A stretch of DNA of 64,000 bases from Azolla caroliniana (GCA_043228905.1 JBHGNT010000011.1:5580001-5644000), one strand, 5' to 3'. Positions 11,950 through 25,272 are shown, counted from the first letter of the stretch. Made by a program: numbers and translations. Notes: generated by a model from the letters alone, not told the origin.

Positions 11950-14900
11950 TGTTGAGAGACAAGCTCAACATCGGCCGGATCAGCTGAAGAAGCCGAGGAC
12001 CGGATCGGTTGGGACCGATCGGTTAGGCCGAGTGCGTAAACCGGGAGGTCGTTAGGAAAGATATTCCGTGAGGAATATATTTGGGAGTTAGTGTAGGAGC
12101 TCTTGATGAGCATTGAAGTACTGTTAGTACTTCGGTCAGTCCTTCTAGGACTTGTATAAAAGTGTTCACTGAGCACGTCTTATGTATAGACAGAGTATTA
12201 TTGTTGAATAGAGTTCTTGTGTTCTCTCTCACTCTCTCTGTCTCTCCCGCGTATACTGCGTAAGCTCAAGCTCTCCATTAAACCTGAGTGTTCTTCCTTC
12301 TGTTCGGTCTTCATACCTGCTTCCGCATGCTACTTTTTACATGGTATCAGAGCGTGAGGGTTGAGAACCTCTCTGCAGCCGACACAACTTGACGAAGAAG
12401 AACAAGAAGAACGATGGATAGAGGCATGGTGAACTCGCTTCCAACAGAGAAGCTCGACAGAACCAACTACGCGTCTTGGTCCTACAAGATGCACCAATAC
12501 CTGCTCGGGCACGGCTACTGGAGTTATGTCGAAGGAGCTAATGATGCGGCACCTGAATCGACACACAGAGCCTTCCCGTCGTGGGAGCAATTGGCGAGTA
12601 GGGTATTATACTGCTTCGCATCGTGTGTGGGCGAACAACTATTGAGCTATGTTCGGGATGCAAAGACGCCGAAGGGTGTGTGGGAAAATCTGAAGAAGAT
12701 TTTCGCCGCGAGCACCACAGCCAGGAAGCTTCAGTTCCGACAGGAGTTGAGCAACCTACGACAACGCGACTTGTCGGTGGCAGACTTCACCTCGAAGATC
12801 AAGGATATCTGCGACTCCCTCGCCTCCATAGAGGTGAACATCGAGGAGAGGGAGATGGTCCAGATCTGTCTCGGAGGTTTGGCGTCGAAGTTCGGAGCGT
12901 TCCGAATGGCTGTGTGTACCCGGGAGAATACATCGTCCTTTTTCGACTTACAGTCAATGCTCCTGGTAGAGGAGAACCACGCGGGTGCGTCTACAAGCAC
13001 GCACGCCGACAGTAGAATGTTGTACATGGAGGGAGATAGGCCCCGTGGACGTGGAGGACGAGGCGAGTCGGGGTGCAATGGAGGCGGCCGACGAGATCAA
13101 GGAAGAAGGCACCGAAGTGATGCCAACAGCAACTCCGGACCCTCCGGAAATAGGGGGAGTTGAAGCGATGAGAACCGGCAAGAGAAGGCCATCGCGGAGT
13201 GCTGGTACTATGGCAAGAAAGGCCACAGGGAAAGTGAGTGCTGGAAGAAGCGCGCCGATTCGGAGAGAACCGGTTCCGGAAACGGCTCTGGATATACCGA
13301 CAAGGGAAATCGGCAGCGATCGCACTACGCCGAAGACTCCGGGAGAGCCGGAGAAGGGTCTGTCTTCGTGACGAGACACGAAGTAAACTCAATGAAGCAG
13401 ACCACCCCGAGATCAGACGAGGTGTGGTACGTAGACTCCAACGCGTCAAACCATATGACGAGCCATAAAGAGTGGTTCTCGTACCTTGAAAAAAAGATAC
13501 AACCTGGAGTTGTCGCAACTGGAGACGACACTACGCATCCGATCGTGAATGTCGGAGAAGTTCCCCTTAGCCATGTCGGGCAGAAAGGAAAACTCATGAA
13601 CGTGTTGCACGTCCCGACAATCATGAAAAACTTGGACTTGGTCGGACAGATCGTCGACCAAGGGATGGAGGTTCGGTTTACACACCTCGGGTGCTTCATT
13701 GAGGAAGAAGGCCATGTGATTGCGCAAGGGTGCAGAGACGGGAGGATGTTCATCCTCGACTCCACTGACGGTGGCACCGCAATGTTCGCAAAGGGAAGAA
13801 AAACCGAGTCGGACATCGACTTGTGGCATAAGCGGATAGGCCACGTCAACTACCAGTGGCTTCAAGATCTGCAAACGAAATAGGTAGTATTCGGATTGCC
13901 CAAATTTAGTGGCCGAAAGGCACAAATTTGTGAAGCCTGCCAGCTCGGGAAGCAACACCGACTTCCTTTCCCAAACGAGCGAAACCGGAGCCGGAATAAG
14001 CTTGACCTTATACACTCCGATGTATGGGGGGCGGCACAAAACGTTAATCTTGGCGGGAGCCGATATTTCGTCTCCTTCATCGACGACCACACGCGACACA
14101 CGTGGATCTACCTCATTGAGAGGAAGAGCGAAGTCTTCGACTGTTTCCGGGACCTCAAAGGGTTCGTGGAAAAGGAAACGGGACGAAAGATGAAGTGCCT
14201 GCGGTCGGATGGTGGGAAAGAGTACTTTTCTGGTCAATTCAACGGTTATCTACAACAAATGGGAATTCGGCGTGAATTCAGTTGTAGATATACGCCAGAG
14301 CAGAACGACGTGGCCGAGAGAAAGAATCGGTCGATTGTGGAAGCGGCACGGGCAATGCTGGAGGAGAAGAGCTTGCCCAAGTTCTACTAGGCCGAGGCGG
14401 TAAGGACCGCGGTATACATCCAGAACCGGATCGGAGACAAAGTGTCGGCGCACCAGCTATATTTCAGAACGAAGCCGAACTTGCGACACTTGAGGGTGTT
14501 CGGTAGCATTGCGTATGTGCATATACCGAAGGAGAAAAGGAGGAAGCTGGACGCAAAGGCCGAGAAATGCATCTTGGTCGGTTTCTCGGACGAGCAGAAG
14601 GGTTATAAGTGCTATAACCCTCGCACCAAACAAGCGCGTGTCAGCCGTGACGTTGTGTTTGACGAGTCCGCATCCTGGTACCAGCCCCCGACTCCGAACC
14701 TCGACTCCAATCCGAGCTTTGACGATGAGGTCAGAGAGGCCGAGATGCCTCCGAATGAGCCCGAAATCGAGACCCGCGATTAGAGTCTGATTTCACTCCG
14801 GTTAGGTGGACCGATTGGACGACTGAGTCGGTACGACCAGTCCGATGAAGAGCCGGTGAGTAATGGAGACTCAGCCGTGCATTCCCCGTGCAGGAAGCCG

Positions 14901-17635
14901 AGGAGACGGCTTACGCGCAAAGAGAAAGGGAAGAAGAAGGTGTCGGATTTCGACACGGATAGGAACGAGTCAGACCGACGCGAGTCCGACTCCGAGGGAA
15001 CCGGTGACGGGTCTTTAAAGGTGAAGACCGCGTCGACCGAGAAGGCCTCGACATCGGCTAATGTGAGATTACGCCGATCTACCCGCCAGAAGAATCCTAT
15101 TTTACGGTTCGGATACAACAAGTACATGGCGCATCATTATGCGTACATGACCCGTGTAGCGGAAGTGCGTGAGCCGGAGAGCTACGTAGAAGCGGCTAAA
15201 AACGCGAATTGGCGTGCCGCGATGGAGGAAGAGATGCACGCATTGGCAGAGAATGAGACCTGGGACCTGGTTGACGCACCAACAGGGGTAAAACCGATCG
15301 GGTGTAGGTGGGTGTACAAGGTCAAGTACAACACTGATGGCTCCGTTAACCGGTACAAGGCTCGGCTAGTGGCAAAGGGCTACGCGCAGAAACACGACAT
15401 CGACTACGATGAGACGTTTGCGCCGGTCGCGAAAATGACGACCGTCCGTGTTTTGCTCGCAGTAGCTGCGGCGAAGGGGTGGCACTTACATCAGATGGAT
15501 GTAAAGAATGCATTCCTGCAAGGTGACCTTGAGGAACAGGTGTACATGGTACAACCCCCCGGATTTCACTCCAGAACGAACTCCTCGGTAGTATGCCGAC
15601 TGAAGAAGTCCCTTTACGGACTAAAGCAAGCCCCGCGTGCCTGGAACGTGAAGATCATGCAACAACTGCGTCGGATGGGCTTCGTCACGACAAAATCGGA
15701 CTCTTCCCTGTTCATCCGGAAAGGTCGACTCGGACCGATTAGTATTTTACTATATGTTGATGACTTGGTCATCACCAGCGCCGACCTAGGTGAAATCGAT
15801 CGCGTGAAGCTCCAGCTTGCGGCATCGTTCGACATGAAGGATCTGGGGGACCTTCATTACTTCCTCGGGATCGAAGTGATCCGTACCCCCGAAGGCATAT
15901 TGATTAGCCAACGTCATTACGTGCTGGGTATGCTCTTCAAACTCGGGATGGCCGACTGTAAGTCTGTCTCGACTCCTCTGGACAGAACCGTCAAGCTTCG
16001 TCCTGATATGGGAAAGGTATGCGACCCGACGAGGTTCCGATAAATTGTCGGAAGCCTCGTATACTTGACCATCACCCGACCCGACCTCAGTTATCCGGTC
16101 GGGGTGATCAGTCAGTTCATGGCGCGACCTACCGAGGAGCACCTTCAATGTGCGCAACGCATACTTCGGTATGTCAACGGCACTAAGGATCGGGGACTGC
16201 TATATCGGACCGGTGCAGCCGCTCAGTTAGTTGGCTACACCGATGCTGATTGGGCTGGCAATGCCGCCGATCACCGATCCACGTCTAGATACGCGTTCTC
16301 CCTCGGGAGTGCCGCGATCGCGTGGAGCAGTAAGAAGCAGCCGACAGTTGCACTGTCGAGCACCGAAGCTGAGTACCAAGGAGCGGTTGTCGCGACATGC
16401 GAAGCCATATGGTTGAAGCGGCTACTTAAGGACCTACAAGAGGAGGTGTCAGATCCGACGACGATCTACTACGACAACCTCAGCAGCATCCAGCTCGCGA
16501 AAAACCCCGTTTTCCACGCACGGACCAAGCACATTGAGGTGCACTACCATTTCGTCCGTGAGCGTGTCCTTTTCGGTGAAGTCGAACTTCAGTACGTGGC
16601 GACGGATCGGCAGATTGCCGACATCTTCACCAAGCCTCTTGGTCTGGACAAGTTGCGGCAATTCTCAGGTGCGCTCGGATTGCATCACCTCGACGTGCCA
16701 AACTTGAGGGGGAGAACAGTCCCGAACGACCAAGCAAGGCAGCAGGAAAGGAGCGGAGACCGCGACACCACCGAGTCAGTTGACTCGTTTGTCGAGTTCG
16801 ACTACTTCGGATCAGCTGAAGAAGCTGAGGGCGGACCTGCGGAAAAGTTCGGAAGAGGACAGAAGGGGAGCAGCCAAAGGAGAGAGCCGAAGCCAACCAC
16901 GCATGGGGAAGATGACGCCATCGAGGGCGAGAAGACCGAAGACGAGTTGGAGATAGCCAACTCGGACGAGGGCGAAGACCAATCGGAGGTAGCCGAGTCG
17001 GTTCGGATGTTTGATTCAGATACGCTGAATCAACCGAGGCCCAAGCGGAAGAAAAGGCAGCAGGAGAAGCGTCAACACCCCAACAGCAGAAGAGCTGATA
17101 AGGGCCACATGAGTAGACAAGCCGACCGGAAGGGTTGAAGCGCGCAGAGTCGAACAGGTCGAGGAGCGCGAGCGAGGCGAGAAGCCAGGAGGAACCGGTG
17201 TTGTGAAGATCCCGAAGAGCCTCAAGTTGAGCTTGAGGGGGAGCGTTGAGAGACAAGCTCAACATCGGCCGGATCGGCTGAAGAAGCTGAGGACCGGATC
17301 GGTTGGGACCGATCGGTTAGGTCGAGTGCGTAAACCGGGAGGTCGTTAGGAAAGATATTCCGTGAGGAATATATTTGGGAGTTAGTGTAGGAGCTCTTGA
17401 TGAGCATTGAAGTACTGTCAGTACTTCGGTCAGTCCTTCTAGGACTTGTATAAAAGTGTTCACTGAGCACGTCTTATGTATAGACAGAGTATTATTGTTG
17501 AATAGAGTTCTTGTGTTCTCTCTCACTCTCTCTGTCTCTCCCGCGTATACTGCGTAAGCTCAAACACTCCATTAAACCTGAGTGTTCTTCCTTCTGTTCG
17601 GTCTTCATACTTGCTTCCACACGCTACTTTTTACA
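11950..17635 (+). mobile_element. Full-length Ty1/copia LTR retrotransposon
   Basis: 392-bp LTRs 11950-12341 and 17244-17635 (about 10 mismatches by eye); TSD GGTAC at 11945-11949 and 17636-17640; iMet PBS TGGTATCAGAGC at 12342; PPT 17235-17243. Confidence 0.97.
12414..17138 (+). pseudogene. Copia gag-PR-INT-RT-RNaseH polyprotein in one frame with 5 in-frame stops
   Basis: ORFs at 12414, 13368, 13896, 14442, 14856 and 16065 share a frame; motifs WYVDS, HSDVWG, LRSDGGKEY, LYVDD, DADWAG, IADIFTK; stops at 13161, 13881, 14388, 14781, 16041. Confidence 0.95.
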
Positions 17636-20033
17636 GGTACCATATCAAAAGCTTTCTTGAAGTCTACAAAGCAACAATATAAACCTTTACCTCTAAGGCG
17701 ACTTTCCTCCATTAATACTCGAAGGGTGATAAGGTGATCAATGGTGCTATGGTGTTTCCGAAAGCCAGCTTGTCCATAAGCTCTCTTACCATTTTTTTCA
17801 ACCCATACACTTATATTTGATTCCATTATACATCCAAATAGTTTTGCCATTAATGAGCCAACCATGATGGTTCGATAATTGTTTACATTATTTATATCTC
17901 CACCTTTATGTAAAGGTTTGATCCAATTTGTAGTCCAATCGTACAACATACCATGTTGCAATGCATCATTAAACATATCTCTTATCCATATATGTGCTTC
18001 CTTTCCCATCCATTTGAGCATTTCAGCCTTTATACATTGAAGATCGCTTGCCTTTTGAGAGGCCAATTTCTTAAGCCCTATGCATATATCTTCAATGTGA
18101 AAGAGAACCATAACACATCATCTTTCCTGCAAGTACACATAATCAATATGTTGCCGAGTAGGCCTCTAGGACTCCAAGTACCTCAGGAATTATGGACTGG
18201 CAGGAAGCTAAATTAGACAAGCTTAGGATTTTCGGATGTGAGGCATACACCCTCATACTGAAAGATGACCATTGAAAATTAGAACCGAGGTTCGGGATAT
18301 GGACCAGACAACAAGTTCGGATACTGACTTTGGGACCTAGAGCATAGACAAATCGTTCGAAGTTCGGACGTAGTGTTCAATGAGTTGGCTATGCACAAGA
18401 CAACCGAAAAGGCCTATTGATGTCCAAAGGGTAACGTTTTCTAAAGTGCCAACCCCTCATGACGGCCCAACCCATAACACGAGGTCGGCTTCATGGGTAG
18501 CCGAATCCTCTAGCACCGACTCGGCACAACCGAACGATTCGGCTTTGGACCATCCGACATCGACACCGGATGCGACTAGTCCAATCATACCTCGACGATC
18601 CGAGAGACTAACGCAACCCCTGGAGAGGTACTCTCCTGGAGTCTTCTTCACGGATGCTAGTGAACCGACGTCATACGAAGAAGCATCGGCTTTAGCCGAT
18701 TCCGCCGCATGGCATCTGGCAATGGAGTTAGAAATGAACTCCATTTGGGCAAACAAGACTTGGGACTTGGTCGAATTACCGAAGAATCGACATGCTCTTC
18801 CATGCAAGTGGGTCTATAGACTAAAAGAGACATCCGATTCAGCCACCCCAAAATTCAAAGCCAGACTAGTAGCAAAGGGTTTTCGACAAGAATATGGCGT
18901 CGACTTTGACGAGATCTTTTCACCAATGGTGAAAATGATGACCCTCGCTTTATGCTCGGTGTAGTGGCACCGAGAACTTGGAGCTGATTTAGCTAGATGT
19001 AAAAACGAAAATCCTCCATGGTGACCTAGAGAACGAAATTTATATGGAGCAACCGAAAGGCTTTGTGGTATCCAGCCAGGAACATCTAGTCTGCCGACTC
19101 AAGAAGAGTCTATATGGCCTGAAACAAGCACCGAGATAGTGGTATAAGAAGTTTGATGACTTCATCCAATCAATCGGCTTCCGAAAGAGTGATGAGGACC
19201 ACTGTCTCTTCACCAAAACAACTCAAGATGGGTCACCCATCTTCCTCATCATATACATGGATGACATGCTACTCTCCGCCCGGTATGCCGGTGAGCTCGC
19301 CGAACTTTTTCAGCAACTGCAGTTGAAGTTTGCCATGAAGGACCTTGGTCTAGCACGACACATTCTCGGTATGAAAATAAACTGTTGAAATCAAAATCGA
19401 TGACAATTGTTTCTGTCTCAATCCAACTATATCGGCCATGTCCTAGAACGCATCAACATGCAGTTGACCCCGCTCCCCATTAATGTTCGGCTATCTTAGC
19501 GAGATTGCCCGACATCCAGTCCGGAGGGGGAAGATATGAAGTCTGTATCGTATGCACTAGCAATCGGCTCCTTGATGTACGCGATGGTCGCGACACGACC
19601 AAACATTGCTCATGCCGTCGGAGTCGTCAACAGATTCATTCACAACCTCGGCCAATCGCATTGGAACGTAGTAAGGCATATGTTCATATATCTAGTGGGC
19701 ACAAAAGACTATGGCATCTTATTTGTCCCAAATAACACTTTAGGCGTATTCAGATACACCGACTCAGACTTTGCCAATTGTGTGAACAGTCAAAAATCGA
19801 CAAGTAGATATTGTTTCAAATTCGGCAATGGAGCGATCTCGTGGAAATCGAAACTTCAAGAGTGCACTGCCACATCAACAATCGAGGCTGAATACGTAGC
19901 CGTGTCCGACGCGGTGAAAGAGGCCTTATGGCTCGGTCGGCTGGCATGCATGTTTCAACAAGCCAAATCCGGTTCATCACAACGCCTCTAAGCATATCGA
20001 CGTTCTATATCACTTCGTTCAAGACTGCGTCAT

Positions 20034-23000
20034 TGTTACCGTACGAGATGTACGGGTGATTGATAAGTGTGATAAGTGAGAGCGAAAGATGTAATGTGTT
20101 GATATGTATGTGTGATTTTATACGATTATGAGTGTGAATGTAAGTGTGAGTGTGGTAGATACAAAGAGGTGTGAGTGAGTGACTAGGTGTGAATGCCAAG
20201 GGGGCTTGCACCCTTGTGGATCTACCCCTTTGTACCTATTTAACCCCTTATGGGGAATGAATGAATACATGAATAACCATTTCTCTTTCTCTCAATCTCT
20301 CTCTTGTCATCTCTCTCTTCTATCTCCCCTTACGTTGAACCCCCTTGGGAGGGGGGTGGAGCCATTCTAGGCACCACCCCCCACCCCGCAATGCTTCTCA
20401 ATGCACATCATGCTATCACCCACAATGATTCTTATCGCCATCACCATTTCCATCTTCATCACTATCAATGTCATAATCAATCTCTCAATGCTTATCACCA
20501 ATCATCATAAATGTTAACCCTAAAACTGACAACACCTTATGGCGACCACTAAGGCGACCCCCTTTGGAGACGGAGTCAAACAATAATACGCGGAGATTCG
20601 AGGCATAGTGACGATGATATGTGAGAGACGAGCAAGAAATGATGATGACATGCACCAAATGGCAACGACGATGTGGGAGAAGCAATGAAGATGTGCAAAA
20701 AAAAAAGAAAAAAATGGAATCGATGATGTTGTGCAAAAGGCGACAACAATGTGCGAAAGAAGTCCAAAATGGAAGATTAACTGCCGCATAATTCTACAAC
20801 GAACTAATCTCTATATGCGTATGTTTTGTTTGGTCTGTTTTTGTGTAAATGTCCAAGAAATGGTGCCAAAGATGTACGAAAACAATGACAATGTTGAGAG
20901 GAAGTCACGGAATGAGGACGTTACGTGAGTGTGCGAGAATGGAAACGACAATGTGCAAATGTGCAGTTAACGACATAGTGCATGTGCCAGAAAGCGTGGT
21001 GTGAGAGACAACCAAAAAGACACAGACGAACAATGACCGGGCCGAATAGATGGTGACAGGCGACGGACAGAATAGCAAGGATGATCAAAAGGTTGCAGAG
21101 GCAGCCGAAAAGACACAACCGAACCGCAGCCAGAACGGCGATGGAGATGGACAGAACAAGCGGCGACAGTGCGGCAGTCGAAGAGAAACCAGACCTACGG
21201 CCGGATGAAGCAACGGCCAGAGCGGCAGCCGCTAGATCGATTTCCGGAATGCACAAAGACACATAACGGCCGAAGCGAGGTCAACGACCGAACGATGCAA
21301 TGGAAAAGACGGCTGACGACGACTAGACAACGGCCGCAGCCGGAGTTGCCGGAATGGCTGAATGGAGCGGCAGCCGAACAGTGGTGCCAGCCGTACAATA
21401 GCTAGACAACAGCAACGATCGGAGGCGGCGACGGCCGGTAGACATTGCCAAGCCGCGACACATAAAAAGGAGCGGCGACAGAGACGCGGCCAGACAGCAA
21501 TGAACGGTGCCTGGACAAGGCCAAGCGTCGAAGATGGAGAGAGGCCGGAATGGCCGGACAGTGGCTGGAATAGTCAGACAGTCGTCAGAGTGGCCGAACG
21601 GTGATGGCCAGACAACCAACAGTCGGAGCGGGGGCTGAACAGCTAATGACTAGAGACGGCCAGACATCAGCCGGACCGTCGACCAGACCGGGTGGACGGA
21701 CGAACGGGCCGTACGACTGAGATCGTCAGACCGATGGTCGGACAACTATGGGAGAGTAACCGGACAGGCGGCCGGACGGGCCAGACGGACACAGAGATGG
21801 GAGATGAAAATGGTTGGACATACGAGCGGATAGCGGATGCCAGGCAAGACAGCAACCGACGGCCGGAGTGAACGGTAGGTCAGATGAAGCGGTGATAGCA
21901 GGACAAAGGGCGGCGGTAGCCAAAAATCAGCGGTCGAACAACGACCAAGGAAAGCAACGGCCAGACGATGGTCTCAATGCACTGTGGCGGCCAGATAACA
22001 GCGGCGACATGAAACCCTAAATAGACAGCCGGAGTTGCCGAAACGATGGGCTGGATGGCAACGGAGCCGGAGACAGAGAGCGAGTGGCAAGAGTAACCGA
22101 CACGATCAGAATGGCCGGCCAGCGGCCGGAATGGCGAAACAACCACCACCACAGGTGGAGACCTGACAGGAGGCTGACGCGATACGTAAAAACAGAAAAG
22201 AAAGAGAAAAACAAGCGAAAGAAAAAGAGGAAGAGAAAGAGAGGAAACAAAAAAAAAAGAGAAAAATTAGGGTTTGCAGAGAGGCAAGAGTGTGAGAGGA
22301 GGAGACATAAGAAACGCCCTAACAAAATGAAACTAAAAAAAAAAAAAAGAGTGGGAGAAAAAGAGAAGGATAAAAAGCATCCAACAAATTTCGAAAAAAC
22401 CTAAGGGCATGTGCAAATTTTTTAAAAAACATGAGGGTACACACTAGAATTTTCCAAACCGAAAGACACCAACGGAATTTCAAAAACTCATGAACCTAAA
22501 AGAAATGGACGTGATACACACGCGACTCACAAGATATAAAGAAGAACACACATACATACAACATTTTTTTGATGACCCAAATGATGTTACCGAAGTTCGT
22601 GAACCGACAGAATGGGAATGTTCGTGTCGATGAAGATTCGCTGGCCGACGGAGATGTTCGAGTCAAGCGCTCCGATCGAGGGAGTCGATCGTTGATGTTA
22701 CCAAAGTTCGTAAGTCGACAGAACGAGAATGTTCGTGTCGCAGAAGAGTCGCTGACCAACGGAGATGTTCGAGTCAAGCGCTCCGATCGAGGGAGTCGAT
22801 CATTGAGAGGACCGATGGAAATTCCGATCAAAGAAAAATTATGATCAAGGCATGTGGGATCGACGTGCAAGGCACTCTCCCACGGGCGTGCCATATTGTG
22901 TTACCGTACGAGATGTACGGGTGATTGATAAGTGTGATAAGTGAGAGCGAAAGATGTAATGTGTTGATATGTATGTGTGATTTTATACGATTATGAGTGT

Positions 23001-23370
23001 GAATGTAAGTGTGAGTGTGGTAGATACAAAGAGGTGTGAGTGAGTGACTAGGTGTGAATGCCAAGGGGGCTTGCACCCTTGTGGATCTACCCCTTTGTAC
23101 CTATTTAACCCCTTATGGGGAATGAATGAATACATGAATAACCATTTCTCTTTCTCTCAATCTCTCTCTTGTCATCTCTCTCTTCTATCTCCCCTTACGT
23201 TGAACCCCCTTGGGAGGGGGGTGGAGCCATTCTAGGCACCACCCCCCACCCCGCAATGCTTCTCAATGCACATCATGCTATCACCCACAATGATTCTTAT
23301 CGCCATCACCATTTCCATCTTCATCACTATCAATGTCATAATCAATCTCTCAATGCTTATCACCAATCAT
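20034..23370. mobile_element. Non-autonomous LTR element (TRIM/LARD-like) with ~2.4 kb non-coding interior
   Basis: Left LTR TGTTACC..GACAACA 20034-20534; right copy 22899-23370 appears identical to the first 472 bp; PBS-like TGGCGACCAC at 20540; no retroelement protein motifs in the interior ORFs. Confidence 0.85.
22582..22803. repeat. 111-bp tandem duplication inside the non-coding LTR element
   Basis: TGATGTTACC.AAGTTCGT...GAGGGAGTCGATC at 22582 and 22693. Confidence 0.9.
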
Positions 23371-24028
23371 TCGCATTGGAACGTAGTAAGGCATATGTTC
23401 ATATATCTAGTGGGCACAAAAGACTATGGCATCTTATTTGTCCCAAATAACACTTTAGGCGTATTCAGATACACCGACTCAGACTTTGCCAATTGTGTGA
23501 ACAGTCAAAAATCGACAAGTAGATATTGTTTCAAATTCGGCAATGGAGCGATCTCGTGGAAATCGAAACTTCAAGAGTGCACTGCCACATCAACAATCGA
23601 GGCTGAATACGTAGCCGTGTCCGACGCGGTGAAAGAGGCCTTATGGCTCGGTCGGCTGGCATGCATGTTTCAACAAGCCAAATCCGGTTCATCACAACGC
23701 CTCTAAGCATATCGACGTTCTATATCACTTCGTTCAAGACTGCGTCATTTCAAGGAAAATTGGCCTCAAGAAGGTAGCTACAACCGATAATGTCGCAGAT
23801 GGGATGACCAAGTGTCTTTTTGCGGATCGATTCCGATCCCTTCGGCACCAGATGGGCATAGAGAAGAATTGTTGGCCTAGAGGTATTTCTGGAGTAGTAT
23901 GAACGGGGACGAGTCGGAGCATAATTATTAGTTAAGTAATTTTATAGGAACAGACATATCCGATTAGTGTGTTGATCTTAATGCTATTGTGTACCTGCCA
24001 TTCTGTGCTTTAATTATTAATCTTACGC

Positions 24029-25272
24029 TGTCGCGAAAATACGACGAGGACACGCGAACTTGAGGCAGGACCCCGGGGCCTTCGACCAGAGGATAATCAC
24101 ATTCGTGTGTTTATATTTTTAACAATTAACGGAAAGAAGAAATTTAAGAATTTTCATTAACAAGTAGAAAGAAAGATTACAATTGATCCCAAGACTGGGA
24201 TTACAAAAGTTTGCTAATGGAGATGGTTAGAGTAATAGATTAGAAGTGGAAAAATTTGGAATTATGAGTGATAGATCTTCCGTAGGGAAAATTAGGGTTA
24301 GGTTATATCAGTATTATGGCTTCCGTAGGGAAGATTAGGGTTTTTGAGTGTTATGGCTTCCGTAGGGAAGGATTAGTGAGAGTTATGGCTTCCCTAAGAT
24401 AAGGGAGCTGAGAAGGAAAAGAAAATTAATTGAGATAATATGGAGAGCCCCCTAGTATAGGAAAAAAAATGGAATATATATGGTGTTCCCTATTGATCAT
24501 ATGCATGTCTACTTTTTGTTGCATGGCCTCTACTTTTAGTTGCATAGCTTCTTCTTTTAGTTGCATGGCTTTTTCTTTTAGTTGCATGCGACCGTCCACA
24601 TGACCTTTACTTTTTGCATGCACTCCAACTTTAGTTGCTTGCGTCCACATGGCCTTTACTTTAGTTCTCTTCACTTTACTTTAGTTTGTCGCATGATCCA
24701 ATCTTCCATCCGTCCGCGTCCAACTTCGTCCGATAGCCGATTCCGCCCGATCGGCGAATCCCGCACGGTCGGTTCCATTTTGCTTGCCGGCCGGTTCCGA
24801 TTTTGATTGCCAACCGGTTCCAATTCCGATTTTGCTTGCCGACCGGTTTTGGTTCCGGTTTGCTTGATGGCCAATTCTGGTTTTGCTTGTCAGCCAGTTC
24901 CAATTCCAGTTTTGCTTACCGACCGGTTTCCGGTTTGCATACCGACCAATTTCCGGTTTTAGGGAATTTGGCCACCATCATCTATCAAGACAAAGTGGCC
25001 AAAGTGGTCTTAGCACAAATGAAAAATGAGGGAGCTCAAGGTGCTTATATAGCGAGGGCCTTAACTTTCATATCTATGTGGGATAGTTCTAATTTCCCTA
25101 TCTTCTCAAACTTTATTTTCACATAACTTAATATGTATTTGTCCATTTTGTATATAGTAAAATGCGTTTTGAAGCTCTTGAGTATATCCATCTTTCTATA
25201 GTAAGCTACTAATCTAATCTATAATAATTATTTCATTATTTTTTTACATAGTGTGTGAAGATTCACACGACA
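24029..25272 (-). mobile_element. Solo LTR (1244 bp) of the TGTCGTG...CGCGACA gypsy group, expanded by internal minisatellites
   Basis: Minus-strand termini TGTCGTG and TTCGCGACA; 4-bp TSD ACGC (24025-24028, 25273-25276); 3' end similar to 38275-38325 and 43410-43465. Confidence 0.8.

Larger units (their letters stand above)
10389..18111 (-). mobile_element. 5'-truncated LINE (RTE/RTEX-like RT plus C-terminal Cys/His motif), split into 17641-18111 and 10389-11949 by a copia insertion
   Basis: QAGFRKHHSTIDH, FVDFKKAFDMVP|REHLW (reads through when the copia and one TSD are removed), GVKQGCPLSPTLF, FKYLG, and SSHALRCEIGRW..RLCTLC..EYHTLIQC. Confidence 0.9.
18130..23900 (+). pseudogene. Degenerate copia INT-tail/RT/RNaseH, interrupted at 20034-23370 and with 19656-20033 duplicated
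   Basis: [38 protein letters not shown]; RNase H continues after 23748 (DNVADGMTK). Confidence 0.9.

Noticed and set aside
13161-16043. Stop-codon readthrough or RNA editing restoring the copia ORF
   Set aside because: Most stops fit ordinary C>T/G>A decay (CGA, CAG, TGG, CAA), matching the transition-rich LTR differences.
12731-17265. Antisense ORFs over the copia
   Set aside because: Shadows of a GC-rich coding strand; no motifs.
20921-22404. Many overlapping ORFs in the non-coding LTR element
   Set aside because: GC-rich or low-complexity sequence with no recognisable domain.
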